64,000 bases of DNA from the NCBI GenBank assembly GCA_963422265.1, contig OY729416.1:1312001-1376000 (forward strand), written 5' to 3'. Below are positions 21,345 to 31,583 of this stretch, one piece after another. A program made the translations under genes and the position numbers. Source of the DNA: Thermodesulfobacteriota bacterium. Lineage in GTDB: Bacteria; Desulfobacterota_D; UBA1144; Nemesobacterales; UBA2774. The first letter of the stretch is position 1; every line of letters begins with the position of its first letter. The notes under the pieces were generated by a model, which saw nothing but the letters and a program-made list of their open reading frames with translations, did no database searches and was not told the DNA's origin.

Positions 21345-23147
21345 TTAAGGTTCTTGGGTGAGGGATAAATTTTTATACCATGGAGTAAGTCTTAACGCCC
21401 CAGCTATAACTGATTTCAACTGGCTTCTTTCGGTTGCAATGTGTATGCCCCCTTGCTTCATGTAAAACTCGGACGTCATCGTCTTTGTATCTACTCCCCT
21501 TCCTCCACTTGTCAATTTTACAACCCTATCTCCCGCAAAGGCTATAGTTGCCTTTTTCTCAGCAATAATCATATCCCCCTGAACCACATAACTTGCCAAA
21601 GCCCCACCGGTAGTCGGATGTCCCAGCACGGATATATACGGAAGTCCAGCCTGCTTAAGCATAATAGTAGCGCATATTGTTTTAGCCATCTGATAGAGAG
21701 CTACCGTGCCCTCCTGCATCCTAGCCCCGCCCGACGACGTTACCACAATGAGAGGCAGGTTTTTGCTGATTGCGTAATCAACAATTAGTTTCATCTTTTC
21801 GCCAAAGACAGCCCCCATAGACCCGCCCATAAAATAAAAATCACTTATGGCAAGCGCAACTGTTAGCTCAAATATCTTTCCATATCCTACAATTAACGAG
21901 TCTTTGGAGTCAGTGCGCCTTGACATCTTTTTTCTACTATCAGAGTAGTCGTAAAAATTAAACCGCGCGTCGATGTTATCCGTGCTTAGATTGGAGTGAA
22001 TTTCGTGAAACGAATCGGTATTCAGCAATAATTCAAGATACTGATGTCCGCCGATCGGGTTCGGCTTTTTACAATATGGACAGGAGTAAAAATTCTTATG
22101 AAAATCTTCTTTTGCGAAATGTTGTCTGCATCCGGCACGCACGACTTTTCCATCAGCATCCTTTTCGTCATTGCAAAAATGGGGCTCCGCACCGTAAAGT
22201 GCTAATTGCATATGTGATACCTCAGGGGTAGGTGTCTTCCCAAATGGAAGCCAGCTTCTTATCTTTTTTGCAATTGCATGATAGGTGTGTTCACCCTTTT
22301 CTACCTGCCCGCATTCCAATATTTTCTCCATCAAGTGCTTTCGTAGATACTTAACGTCAGACCTTTCAAGCTCCTCCGCAGCATCAGACAACGCTTTACT
22401 TATGTTGGCAAGAGTTTTCCCTAGATAACCAGCTGTATTGGGCGCCGGTTCTTTAATCACCTTATCAACTATGCCGTACCTAAGCATATAATCGGAAGTT
22501 GGCTGAAGAACCTCTAGCGCTTCATCTATTTTACTAGCACTTCTAAATAGAATTGCGGAACACCCTTCGGCTGTGATTACAGAGTATTCAGCACGCGAAA
22601 GCATGAACCTTTTGTGAGCTAACTGAAGCGCAATCGCCCCACCACTGCCCCCGCTACCGAGCACCGTAGATATAGACTTGGTTTTAAGACGGATCATTTT
22701 GGATTGGCAATATGAGATCATCCACGACTGTAGTTTTTCGGCTGAATACTCAAATGGGTCTCCACCGATTGTATCAACGTAAGTATGAAGCATCAAACCG
22801 CGTTTCTCCGCATAATCCATCATGTTAAGGGCAAGCCCGTATCCATCCGCCTTTATTAGACCAAAGTTAAACTTAATGCGCTCATCATCGCTTGTCGGCA
22901 TTTGCTGAGCTATTATAGCTACCTTTTTATTTAAGCTTTTTAGCGTAGCCGTTCCGATTATCATTGCTGGATCGTCAACTAATTCAATCATTTTCCCTGA
23001 AGGAGCCATTATTTGATTTGAGAAATCAGGCAGGTCACTGTAAGGAGTGAAATCCTCGTACAAATATATAATAACGTCTTTTGATTTTATCTTTTCGTAA
23101 GATCTTGCCTGATTGTGAATCAAAGCTAGTTTTGAAGATCGGCTCAT
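21345..23147 (-). CDS. Fused acyl-CoA carboxylase carboxyltransferase: alpha (AccA-like) N-half, beta (AccD-like) C-half
   Basis: GSGGSGGAIAL, YSVITAEGCSAILF (alpha); four-Cys cluster, FMGGSMG, SGGARMQEG, PTTGG (beta). Confidence 0.85.
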   Translation of the reverse strand: MSRSSKLALIHNQARSYEKIKSKDVIIYLYEDFTPYSDLPDFSNQIMAPSGKMIELVDDPAMIIGTATLKSLNKKVAIIAQQMPTSDDERIKFNFGLIKADGYGLALNMMDYAEKRGLMLHTYVDTIGGDPFEYSAEKLQSWMISYCQSKMIRLKTKSISTVLGSGGSGGAIALQLAHKRFMLSRAEYSVITAEGCSAILFRSASKIDEALEVLQPTSDYMLRYGIVDKVIKEPAPNTAGYLGKTLANISKALSDAAEELERSDVKYLRKHLMEKILECGQVEKGEHTYHAIAKKIRSWLPFGKTPTPEVSHMQLALYGAEPHFCNDEKDADGKVVRAGCRQHFAKEDFHKNFYSCPYCKKPNPIGGHQYLELLLNTDSFHEIHSNLSTDNIDARFNFYDYSDSRKKMSRRTDSKDSLIVGYGKIFELTVALAISDFYFMGGSMGAVFGEKMKLIVDYAISKNLPLIVVTSSGGARMQEGTVALYQMAKTICATIMLKQAGLPYISVLGHPTTGGALASYVVQGDMIIAEKKATIAFAGDRVVKLTSGGRGVDTKTMTSEFYMKQGGIHIATERSQLKSVIAGALRLTPWYKNLSLTQEP

Positions 23148-23220
23148 TTGTTATTCTCGGCGCAAATTTGGACTATTATAACCTGAAAGGTTTTTAATTG
23201 ATAAAGTTCCTACAATGAGC

Positions 23221-23255
23221 AAAGCCGATTAGATACTTATTAATCTAACCGGCTT
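23221..23255 (-). terminator. Probable intrinsic terminator after iscA/erpA
   Basis: Minus-strand hairpin AAGCCGGTTAGAT / ATCTAATCGGCTT (one G-U) with only a short U tail, just after the stop. Confidence 0.5.
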
Positions 23256-23278
23256 AGAGTAGTGTCATACAGTTAAGC

Positions 23279-23602
23279 TTATGCTGTAAATGAACTTCCA
23301 CAGCCACAAGTACCTGTTGCATTAGGGTTGTTTATAGCAAATCCATTTCCATTAAGCCCATCCTGGAAATCTAGCACTGCCCTATCTAAATATGGGTAGC
23401 TAAACACGTCAATAGCAACTTTAACGCCTTCGTGTTCTATCAGTTGGTCACTGTCTTCGGTCTCGTCATCAAAACCCATTTCGTAGGAAAACCCCGAGCA
23501 TCCACCTGGAACAATCCTTACTCTGAGAACTGCGTCAGGAATATCCTCTGCAGATAACAACCTTTTAATTTCATCAGCCGCTTTAGTAGTTACTGTAAGC
23601 AT
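23279..23602 (-). CDS. A-type Fe-S carrier (IscA/ErpA/HesB family)
   Basis: GGCSGFSY, NPNA..TCGCGSSF. Confidence 0.95.
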   Translation of the reverse strand: MLTVTTKAADEIKRLLSAEDIPDAVLRVRIVPGGCSGFSYEMGFDDETEDSDQLIEHEGVKVAIDVFSYPYLDRAVLDFQDGLNGNGFAINNPNATGTCGCGSSFTA

Positions 23603-23695
23603 ATATAACTACCTCCGTTTGCAAATTGATCTTTTATTAAATATATGCATTAATGAGAATATGGCAAATAGCTAGCGTGAAAAGGCGTAAGAACG

Positions 23696-25024
23696 CTACA
23701 ACTTGTCAATCTCTTTTCTTATAAGCTCTTCCATTTTATCAAATGAGATTGATTCTAAATCAAAATTGAAAACACCTTCAATTCTTTCGATAATTGACTC
23801 AATGTCTAAATTTTTTATATCATTTTCAGAAATTCCCTGAAAACCGTGAGCTATTATTGATTTATTGCGGAGCTCCGATGCTTTAGTAAACGACTTGTTT
23901 ATTTCAAATATATCTCTAAATTTATCATCAATATCTTTATTATCTATGAAAAACTGAATTATAGCAGACATATTCATAAGAGTCGGCTTTTTATATTCTA
24001 TGTTTTTCTTATCAAGATACTTCTTCAACTCTTTATTGCAATTTATAGAGTCACAAAATTCAGTAAAACCATTTCCTCTATCCTTTTCCGTAGTAACTCC
24101 CAGAACATCTTTGTGTTCAATTGCCCATCTGAGCATCCCCTCGTTAAGCCTGAATAAGCGCCCTAGCACATCCGCATATTCCTTATTTTTATATTTAATC
24201 TTACAATTCAAAATTAACTCTTGTAATAAAGTTTCAACATTTTGCTTTGATTTTAACACTTCCAAATGTTTTTTTAAGTTTTCTATTAAAGGATTGGACT
24301 TTTCTATAGCGCTTTCATATTTTTCTAAAGACATAAGGCTTGACTCAAAATTGAACGCAGCCCTGGATTTAGCAGATTTAACAAGCTCTTGCACGTTTTT
24401 GTTTTGTAGCACAGGCAAACTCTGTATAGCTGCATAATTATATTGTTCCAAGCAACTGTATATAGACCTTTTTTGATACCAATCATCAAGGTTACTGCTA
24501 ACATGTAAACACTTAACATCGGCACTTCCCTTTTCTACATATAAGTGCGTTGCCTGTTCACCAAATATTGAGAAAGAATTAAATAAGAGCGACATATTAC
24601 ATGCTGGAAGCCCACCTGATAAAAGGCAAAAATACCTGTCATTTTTATTGAGCTTTTTCAATTCTCTCTCATAGAATGAAAACATATAATCGTAACGATG
24701 AGGATTTCGTTTCATTATCTCCAATTTACACCGTATATTTGCATTTAGTTCTTTTAACCATTTTTCTATTATTTCGCCAAAATACAGAGTGTCTTGCTCA
24801 TGTGGTTTTTGCTGATCTGTTATAAAAAGGTGAACCCGCTCCAGTTGCTTATGATCTCTTATTATTTTATCAATGGCTGGTTGAAGTATCGGAAAAGTTA
24901 AATCTCCTTTATGCTTATCAAAATCATCTAATATTTTTTTGCCTTTCTCACGGGCAGAAGTAATATTACAACTTTGATACTTGACATCATTGTTACCAAT
25001 ATTGGCTAACAGTATATTCTTCAT
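23696..25024 (-). CDS. csm6: Type III CRISPR ancillary nuclease, CARF + HEPN (Csm6-like)
   Basis: Last gene of csm operon; CARF-like N-terminus (ILLANIGNND, QDT, SGGLPA); HEPN motif RNKSIIAH. Confidence 0.75.
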   Translation of the reverse strand: MKNILLANIGNNDVKYQSCNITSAREKGKKILDDFDKHKGDLTFPILQPAIDKIIRDHKQLERVHLFITDQQKPHEQDTLYFGEIIEKWLKELNANIRCKLEIMKRNPHRYDYMFSFYERELKKLNKNDRYFCLLSGGLPACNMSLLFNSFSIFGEQATHLYVEKGSADVKCLHVSSNLDDWYQKRSIYSCLEQYNYAAIQSLPVLQNKNVQELVKSAKSRAAFNFESSLMSLEKYESAIEKSNPLIENLKKHLEVLKSKQNVETLLQELILNCKIKYKNKEYADVLGRLFRLNEGMLRWAIEHKDVLGVTTEKDRGNGFTEFCDSINCNKELKKYLDKKNIEYKKPTLMNMSAIIQFFIDNKDIDDKFRDIFEINKSFTKASELRNKSIIAHGFQGISENDIKNLDIESIIERIEGVFNFDLESISFDKMEELIRKEIDKL

Positions 25025-26188
25025 TTAGTTATCCACCTTTGAAATTTTAGCCCACCCAAACATCCCTCTTATCTGTCCATTTTCGTAGTAAACGGTTCTC
25101 GTGGTTGGGAAGAGATTATTTAGTTTTTTTATTTTTCTATTAATTCCAAGTTTTGCCTTCTTGCGGATTTTTTCAATAACCTCGTCCCCGAAACACATAT
25201 CTATTGTGGAATTAAAAAATGATTTTCCACGCCCTAGGAATATTACCGCTCCTTTAATATTGTAATTTTTGCTCACTATGAAATTTAGAAAATTTAAAAG
25301 GGACTTAGTAATATGTCTGCTTTCTTCACTATTAGATTTTTCTAAAGCTGCTTTTTCATGAGAAATAAAACTTTCCGAAAAGTTCCTCAGTATCTTGAAT
25401 ATCTCTTCTTCATTCCCCTCGCATAGATACGAAAATTCGTCATTATTAAGTTTGCTGTATTCTTTCTTATGTATCTCCTTGGCAGATGATTTGATCTCAA
25501 AGGTTACTGACTTCTGATTTGGAATAATAGCCTCATAGTTCATCGGGATGGCATCTTTGCCAGATTTAATATTGACCCTTTTGGAGTGATAGACTTTCAA
25601 GCTATTATCCGAGAAACAGGTTGTATCTGAAACTCTCAGGAATTTCATCATATCGTCCCCGAACTTGCCGAAGATCTTATGATTAAATTCCTTTTCGATG
25701 TTCTCTAATTCCTTCTGATCCTTACATTTGTTTATTTGTTTTTCCAAGTCACTCTTACAAGCTTTATCCCTTAACAGTTTATCAAAAAGCAATGCGTTCC
25801 TTATCGCCCCTTTGATTGTGCTTCCAGAGATATACGGTTGCCCTGCATTCTTGATAGTTGGATTGATCTGCTGGGATTTTATCTCCTTGAAATCCGACAC
25901 AGGAACTTGCTTTAATACGTAGTCGTAGGGGTTCTTACCATGGCGTCTTAGAAACTTATCAATCGTATATTTCTTTCCTGCACTTGAGTTTTGGTTTCTA
26001 ATAGCATCTACAAAATTAGTTATGACTCTTTCATCTTGAGATTCCAGAAACTTGTCCAACTTAGAATGATCTATGTAACATGCAACCCGATTTTCCTCAT
26101 CAACAAAATAATCGCTAAATGGGGAAATGATTTTTGAATTATCCGTTCCTATGTGGACAGGTGATAAAGGGGTTAGCTTGATTTGCAT
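25025..26188 (-). CDS. csm5: Type III-A RAMP Csm5
   Basis: LTPLSPVHIG, PYISGSTIKGAIRNA, LRVSDT, C-terminal GMFGW; operon position. Confidence 0.9.
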   Translation of the reverse strand: MQIKLTPLSPVHIGTDNSKIISPFSDYFVDEENRVACYIDHSKLDKFLESQDERVITNFVDAIRNQNSSAGKKYTIDKFLRRHGKNPYDYVLKQVPVSDFKEIKSQQINPTIKNAGQPYISGSTIKGAIRNALLFDKLLRDKACKSDLEKQINKCKDQKELENIEKEFNHKIFGKFGDDMMKFLRVSDTTCFSDNSLKVYHSKRVNIKSGKDAIPMNYEAIIPNQKSVTFEIKSSAKEIHKKEYSKLNNDEFSYLCEGNEEEIFKILRNFSESFISHEKAALEKSNSEESRHITKSLLNFLNFIVSKNYNIKGAVIFLGRGKSFFNSTIDMCFGDEVIEKIRKKAKLGINRKIKKLNNLFPTTRTVYYENGQIRGMFGWAKISKVDN

Positions 26189-27291
26189 AAATCCCCTCCA
26201 AAATTCAAACCAAAGTTGACCCCATTTTGATAAATTTTAGTGCTACTCACTTCGCCAATTTCTACCATACTTCCTCTCATATCTCCTTTAAATATTGAAC
26301 CTTCCTTGATCATTCTTACTTTTCTCTTTCGTTCGGCAGTATCCTTATTTAGATAAACATAGCCCCCACCTCTTGATACCGATTCGTAGGAATAAATACT
26401 TTCCAACCTGTCTTCAATTGGAGAGAGCAACGACAAGTTAGTCTGATACTTGCCTTCTAAGTTCCATTCAAAAGCAAGCTCTTCAATTCCGTTAAACAAT
26501 CCCGCGCCTGTGGTTGCTTTTCCACCCAACCCCTCATCTCCAAGAAATCTGAGAGATGAATAAAACACTTTTTTATTTTCTCGACTCATATCTGAATCAA
26601 TAAGAAAGTAAAAATGTGTGCTGATACGACAACCAGCATTCTTCTTGCTTTTCTCCGAATTAAGCGTAACATCAGATTGATAATATATGTTTTTACTCTC
26701 ATCTTCCCCCGCGTCTCTAACCTCCTTTCTGCTTACAGACACTTTAGGAAGCTCAAGAGATTGAAACGGTTTATACTCACTGAGTTTATCAAATCCCATC
26801 CCCTCTATTTCTTCTTTCTCCTCTTTGCTGATGGCAAACTTTTCACCTATAAGAGGAAGCTCTTTAAGGCTATAATCAAAGTAAACTTCTTCCTCTTCTT
26901 CTCTAACGCTGTTCAGCAACTCTTTAAAAACGTCCAGAGAAATAAATTTGATTTTCTTTATTTGCTTCTTGTCAAATTGATTATTTTCCTTTTTATCATC
27001 TTTGTCCTTTTTTTGTATTTTCCCAAAAATCTTTGGCAGGAAGAAAATACGCTTTTTGTCATCACCATTCGAAACCTCTAAAAGATAAAACCCCGATGAT
27101 ATCTTTATATCCTTTTTGCGAAATAACTCTACAAACTCATTGGATTTATCTCTTCCATAAAGAGCGTTAACTGAATTTATTATTGCGGAGAAAATCGTAT
27201 CTGAATGTATATATTCAGTAAGGGAGTCTAAATCTGTTGCACCCAGTCTGAATCTGTTGTTTTCACCGCATATAAGCTTAATTGCTTTCAA
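26173..27291 (-). CDS. csm4: Type III-A RAMP Csm4
   Basis: IHSDTIFSAI, LGDEGLGGKATTGAGLF G-rich loop, RGGGYV, MIKEGSIF. Confidence 0.9.
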   Translation of the reverse strand: MKAIKLICGENNRFRLGATDLDSLTEYIHSDTIFSAIINSVNALYGRDKSNEFVELFRKKDIKISSGFYLLEVSNGDDKKRIFFLPKIFGKIQKKDKDDKKENNQFDKKQIKKIKFISLDVFKELLNSVREEEEEVYFDYSLKELPLIGEKFAISKEEKEEIEGMGFDKLSEYKPFQSLELPKVSVSRKEVRDAGEDESKNIYYQSDVTLNSEKSKKNAGCRISTHFYFLIDSDMSRENKKVFYSSLRFLGDEGLGGKATTGAGLFNGIEELAFEWNLEGKYQTNLSLLSPIEDRLESIYSYESVSRGGGYVYLNKDTAERKRKVRMIKEGSIFKGDMRGSMVEIGEVSSTKIYQNGVNFGLNFGGDLCKSS

Positions 27292-28036
27292 TTTCTAAAG
27301 ATTCCTTTATATTTCTCAACAATTCATCTAAACCAAAGCTAATGTCCTTATACTCCGCTTTCGTTACTTGCTGCCTCTTATTTGTCCCTACGTATTCATA
27401 CCTTGTTTTATACTCAATCTTTAGATCGTTGAATTTCACTTTCCCATACCCTCTTGAGCCGCTGCCTCCGATGTAATCATCCTCAAGTAACCTCATGCCT
27501 TCTATGACAGTCTTGATGTAATCAACATCCCTGCTATTGAAGACTGTGTATATCATCTCAAAATTAAAAAGGGCACCTGCGGGAACGCGCTCAAGCTGCC
27601 TTGGGTTTTTAGCTTTGGAAGTAAGCCTATCTATCGTGTTTTCCCATTTCCCCTCCGTATATTGAAGTTCAAGCTCGTCTCTAAATTTCTTCTTAAAATC
27701 ATCTTTATCAAGAAACGAATCTCTAACTATGAGGTGAGTTCTTACTCCATTGGAATTTTTATCAGCAGAAACTCCGAATATATGGGCAATTCCAGATTTA
27801 GGGTCAACATCACGACACAAACCATCAAAACCATAACTCACTTCCAAAAGGCTCCTGATCTTACCTTTAAGCGATGAACCAGGAATAAATGGAACGCCTT
27901 TTGCGGTTTTTATGACGTTAAGATCAATCCCGCCTATATCAAGAGCCGTATTAGAACCTCCTATGTGAAGACCTGTTCTCGCCTCAATCTTTCCTGTAAT
28001 AAATATCTTAGCGGGCATTTTGTTATTATCGGACAT
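27278..28036 (-). CDS. csm3: Type III-A backbone RNase Csm3
   Basis: TGLHIGG..IGGID (catalytic Asp position), PFIPGSSLKGK, ENTIDR, YIGGSGSRGYG. Confidence 0.96.
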   Translation of the reverse strand: MSDNNKMPAKIFITGKIEARTGLHIGGSNTALDIGGIDLNVIKTAKGVPFIPGSSLKGKIRSLLEVSYGFDGLCRDVDPKSGIAHIFGVSADKNSNGVRTHLIVRDSFLDKDDFKKKFRDELELQYTEGKWENTIDRLTSKAKNPRQLERVPAGALFNFEMIYTVFNSRDVDYIKTVIEGMRLLEDDYIGGSGSRGYGKVKFNDLKIEYKTRYEYVGTNKRQQVTKAEYKDISFGLDELLRNIKESLEIESN

Positions 28037-28048
28037 AACGAAGCTCCT

Positions 28049-28462
28049 TCAGTTTGATGTGGGATTAAAATACCTATGGTAGGCAATTATAGCCTCAAAG
28101 AAATCTTTGAACTGGTTTAAGTTATCCTTGTTGACCTTTTTTATTAACTCGTCTAACAGATAAACAAGCTCTTTCATGCCAGTTTGCCTTCCCACAACAT
28201 AAGCTAGTTTAGGCCGCAGCATTGTTAAATTTCTTGGCTCTTTTACCTCTTTAACTTTAGAGAAAATGTTTCTCAACTGCGAAGTTGAAATTTTATCTTT
28301 ATTTTTTTCCACGTAGCTTTTAATATTATCTATGTATCCGTTGTAATCTCTTGGGGACAATATGGCATTTACGTAATTATTCCCAAAACGCTTTTTAAGA
28401 TTTGCTTCAAAACGCGCTGTGTCATTTAGCCTACTCCTACCCACGCGCTGCTTATTCATCAT
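28049..28462 (-). CDS. csm2: Type III-A small subunit Csm2
   Basis: STSQLRNIF, LRPKLAY, FFEAIIAYHRY. Confidence 0.93.
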   Translation of the reverse strand: MMNKQRVGRSRLNDTARFEANLKKRFGNNYVNAILSPRDYNGYIDNIKSYVEKNKDKISTSQLRNIFSKVKEVKEPRNLTMLRPKLAYVVGRQTGMKELVYLLDELIKKVNKDNLNQFKDFFEAIIAYHRYFNPTSN

Positions 28463-30866
28463 TATCTCCTTTGCCTTTGGTTTTTAACTCCGCCCATCTT
28501 GTGGCTACTGGAATGAGCATCGGATTGCTTATACGTTCCTTCTTGTTTCCATCTTTGTCGTAATACATGAGATTATCCAATATTATTGAACTATAAGTCT
28601 TTATGAGATTTTCCTTTGCTTCTTTATTCTCCGTTTTCATATTCCTCAAATAGTAATTGAATCTCCACACTTTCTGCACGTTTAACCTTCCAGTTTTATT
28701 AGACCCTTCTACTAACTTATTAAAGCCTATTGTAGATTGATACACTTTACTTAGTAAAGCTCTTGACTCGCCTCCATTTTCGATAAGCTCCACAAGACGC
28801 CCCTGAAAGTCTTTTATATATTCAAACTCTTTCCAGTTAAATACTTGCCCCATAATTGCCACTTTGTTCTTGGACGGTTCACTTTCCCCTTCATTCCTAT
28901 AGCTTTTTCCTTTATCAAGGGCTTCTTCCGCGATATTTGATGCTCTTATAACTGGAAAATGAGGGTGAAAAACATTGAGGCCCGCGGAAGCTGTTATTTT
29001 GGGATTTTGAGCCACGAATTTCTTAAAGTCCCTATTTATCTCTTCTGCTAAATCAAACACTGCATCCCAAGCACCAATCAAAAAAGTATCGTCCCCGCCT
29101 GAATACACGGGATAGATTTTGTCTGCGTATTTCCTTATTAGTTTATTTAGATAACCTTCAAAAAATAGCCTGAGCATTCTGCTTAGAGATGCTATTCTGG
29201 AGATTGTTCTATCGTTCTTCTCCAATCCCTCTTTGAAAATTTTACCAAGATTATCAACATCCATTTTCAGATAGGCTAACTTTTTATCACCGTTTGACAG
29301 GTTGGTTATGGAGTCAAATTCGCTGTTCTCGGGGAGATTGACTACTGAAAACTTGAAACCAGAATGATCGGGAAGAAAATCCGTATCGTTAAGAAGAAGG
29401 CCGCTATGACTGTCAGTCTTTTCACCTTTCTTTCCCAAACTCACCTCATATCCAAATTGCCTAAAGGTCTTTTGCCACAGAGACTCATGCCCATTTCCAG
29501 ATTGAGAGTTCGGATATTGTCCCTGCTTACTGCCTGCAGGGACAGGTTTGCTAATTGTTACAAATCTGGCTTCCTTAAGCTTATTAGTAAACCCTTCAAA
29601 TCCTTCGGTATCATCACCCTGACTTGCTTCAAAAGGCTCAAAGACCCTTTCATAACCTATCTCTGAATAACGCCTGGATTTCATCTTGGAGGTTGCTTCT
29701 GATACTTCTTGCCATTTACCTGAGAAATCTTCGAAATCCTTCCCTTTTACTTCAACCCACCCTAAAGCCGCATATATATTAGTCCGGTGGCAGTCATAAA
29801 GAACACGGGTAATTTTTTTCCGCAATTCTTGCAATTTTACCTCTTTTGATTTGGGAGCAAGAATATAAAAATTGCCGCCTCCATTATAGAGTAAGCTTGA
29901 AATAGGAAGCTCTAACTCATCTAAGATGTATCTGGCTATTACATCGGAAAGAAGCTGTAAATAAAAGGAACGTCCTTTAAGACTTTTCGCCGCTCCTTTG
30001 GATTTAATATCAAAGATGAACGATTGGATCCCAGAAAAATCAACCTGCACCAACAGTGCAATTGACTTTTTATCCAATGTATTTTCAGGGTGATTCTTTC
30101 CCTCTTTATAACTAAATATCTCATTTTCAGTTATCTGCCCTTCCTTAAAGTCGTCATAAAGACACAAAGCAATTGCAGCTGTAACCCTCAAATGATCAAA
30201 AAGCGAAATATCAGACCTGTATAAAATCTCTTTCCCATTAATTTCTATTGGAGATTGAGCCGGGATGAACGATAGATATTTTTCTAACACATAAAACAAC
30301 TGCACTTGGTTTTTAACTTTTTTGAATTCTACTATAAATTCATTGACTAAATCTTCATATTGGTTGTTAGCAGTAACAGGATTTACAGTTTCAATTTGAT
30401 CAGGAATTAAATGATTCAACACCAACTTGTTTAAATCTAAATATCGGACGCCTTTGTTTCCATGAATTAAGCTAAATATATTTACAAGCTTTGATTTAAA
30501 ATAGTCCTGAGGTTTAAGCGTTGAATCTGTTTGTCTTTCAGCAGAAGCCCATGAATCAGCTAATCTGATCATTTTCAGATAAACATTATTATTTAGGTAA
30601 TCATAATCTCGTTTATCTTTGTCTCTGCCTTTATGATGATAAAGAACACAATTCCTTACTCCTGGTAAATCTCCTACAAAATTAAGCTGGTCTCTAAATT
30701 CCCAAACAAAGTCGGCACCGTATCTACGGTGTGCATAACTTGCGTCCGCTAATCCGTCATCCATCCACTTTTTAGCTTTCTCAATTCTTTCTTGGCTCTT
30801 AGCTCTTTCAATAAACTTGCCAATGTCGTGGAGCAGAGAACCTACATAAAAAGATTGTCTTTCCAT
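28452..30866 (-). CDS. cas10: Type III-A Cas10/Csm1 (HD nuclease + Palm/cyclase); alternative TTG start at 30881
   Basis: LLHDIGK, SLFDH, DFSGIQSFI, KSLKGRSF, KMDVDNLG, YSGGDD. Confidence 0.96.
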   Translation of the reverse strand: MERQSFYVGSLLHDIGKFIERAKSQERIEKAKKWMDDGLADASYAHRRYGADFVWEFRDQLNFVGDLPGVRNCVLYHHKGRDKDKRDYDYLNNNVYLKMIRLADSWASAERQTDSTLKPQDYFKSKLVNIFSLIHGNKGVRYLDLNKLVLNHLIPDQIETVNPVTANNQYEDLVNEFIVEFKKVKNQVQLFYVLEKYLSFIPAQSPIEINGKEILYRSDISLFDHLRVTAAIALCLYDDFKEGQITENEIFSYKEGKNHPENTLDKKSIALLVQVDFSGIQSFIFDIKSKGAAKSLKGRSFYLQLLSDVIARYILDELELPISSLLYNGGGNFYILAPKSKEVKLQELRKKITRVLYDCHRTNIYAALGWVEVKGKDFEDFSGKWQEVSEATSKMKSRRYSEIGYERVFEPFEASQGDDTEGFEGFTNKLKEARFVTISKPVPAGSKQGQYPNSQSGNGHESLWQKTFRQFGYEVSLGKKGEKTDSHSGLLLNDTDFLPDHSGFKFSVVNLPENSEFDSITNLSNGDKKLAYLKMDVDNLGKIFKEGLEKNDRTISRIASLSRMLRLFFEGYLNKLIRKYADKIYPVYSGGDDTFLIGAWDAVFDLAEEINRDFKKFVAQNPKITASAGLNVFHPHFPVIRASNIAEEALDKGKSYRNEGESEPSKNKVAIMGQVFNWKEFEYIKDFQGRLVELIENGGESRALLSKVYQSTIGFNKLVEGSNKTGRLNVQKVWRFNYYLRNMKTENKEAKENLIKTYSSIILDNLMYYDKDGNKKERISNPMLIPVATRWAELKTKGKGDNDE

Positions 30867-31000
30867 TTTTAATTCACGCAATTGGTAAGAAACTCAAAAC
30901 ATCTGAAGTCTTGTAAATTCATCATCTAGTTGACCCTATCCGACTTTCCAAACATTGTTCAGTAAGGAGTTGATAATTTAGGGGACTTATATACTTGTCT

Positions 31001-31543
31001 CTAATAATTATAATAATGGTCTAATACGCAATTATAATCAATATCTCGGTTAACTTCTGAGGATGATGAGTCATCCAAAGCCGACTTAAACCAATTGAGT
31101 TCTAATGTTGTTTCTGATATAGTAAGAACCTTATAACTAAACCATTTCTCTGGTATATATTTTGGAATACTCTTATAAACATTTGTAGGTAAGGCTGTCA
31201 TAATTCCGTCTATTGCGTCCTTCATTTCTCTCTTGTCATACAGAGAATTAGCATTGAGGTCAATTTTAAGCACTGAATCATTATCATTTAGGGAATATGC
31301 GAAATGATAGTTTTCTCCATCAGCTGATCCCTTCCCATTACGGTAAAACGCATATCTTAAAGACCCTACTCCTCCATCTGTTCTGGTGCATTTCCAAAAA
31401 CTGCCATTATTATCGTAAAGATGTTCCCCGCTGATAAGTAAATCCGAAATAGACTCTCCACTACTACTTCCACTGCCACTACAGCCACCAACAGTCATAA
31501 AACTAACTAACACTATTCCTACTACAAGACTAAAAATAGACAT
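31001..31543 (-). CDS. Putative lipoprotein of unknown function
   Basis: AAGGAG RBS; hydrophobic signal ending VGG-C followed by Ser/Gly linker; 180 aa. Confidence 0.65.
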   Translation of the reverse strand: MSIFSLVVGIVLVSFMTVGGCSGSGSSSGESISDLLISGEHLYDNNGSFWKCTRTDGGVGSLRYAFYRNGKGSADGENYHFAYSLNDNDSVLKIDLNANSLYDKREMKDAIDGIMTALPTNVYKSIPKYIPEKWFSYKVLTISETTLELNWFKSALDDSSSSEVNRDIDYNCVLDHYYNY

Positions 31544-31583
31544 TAGGAACTCCTTATGGTTTTTATTCCCAGCGTACGCAGGC

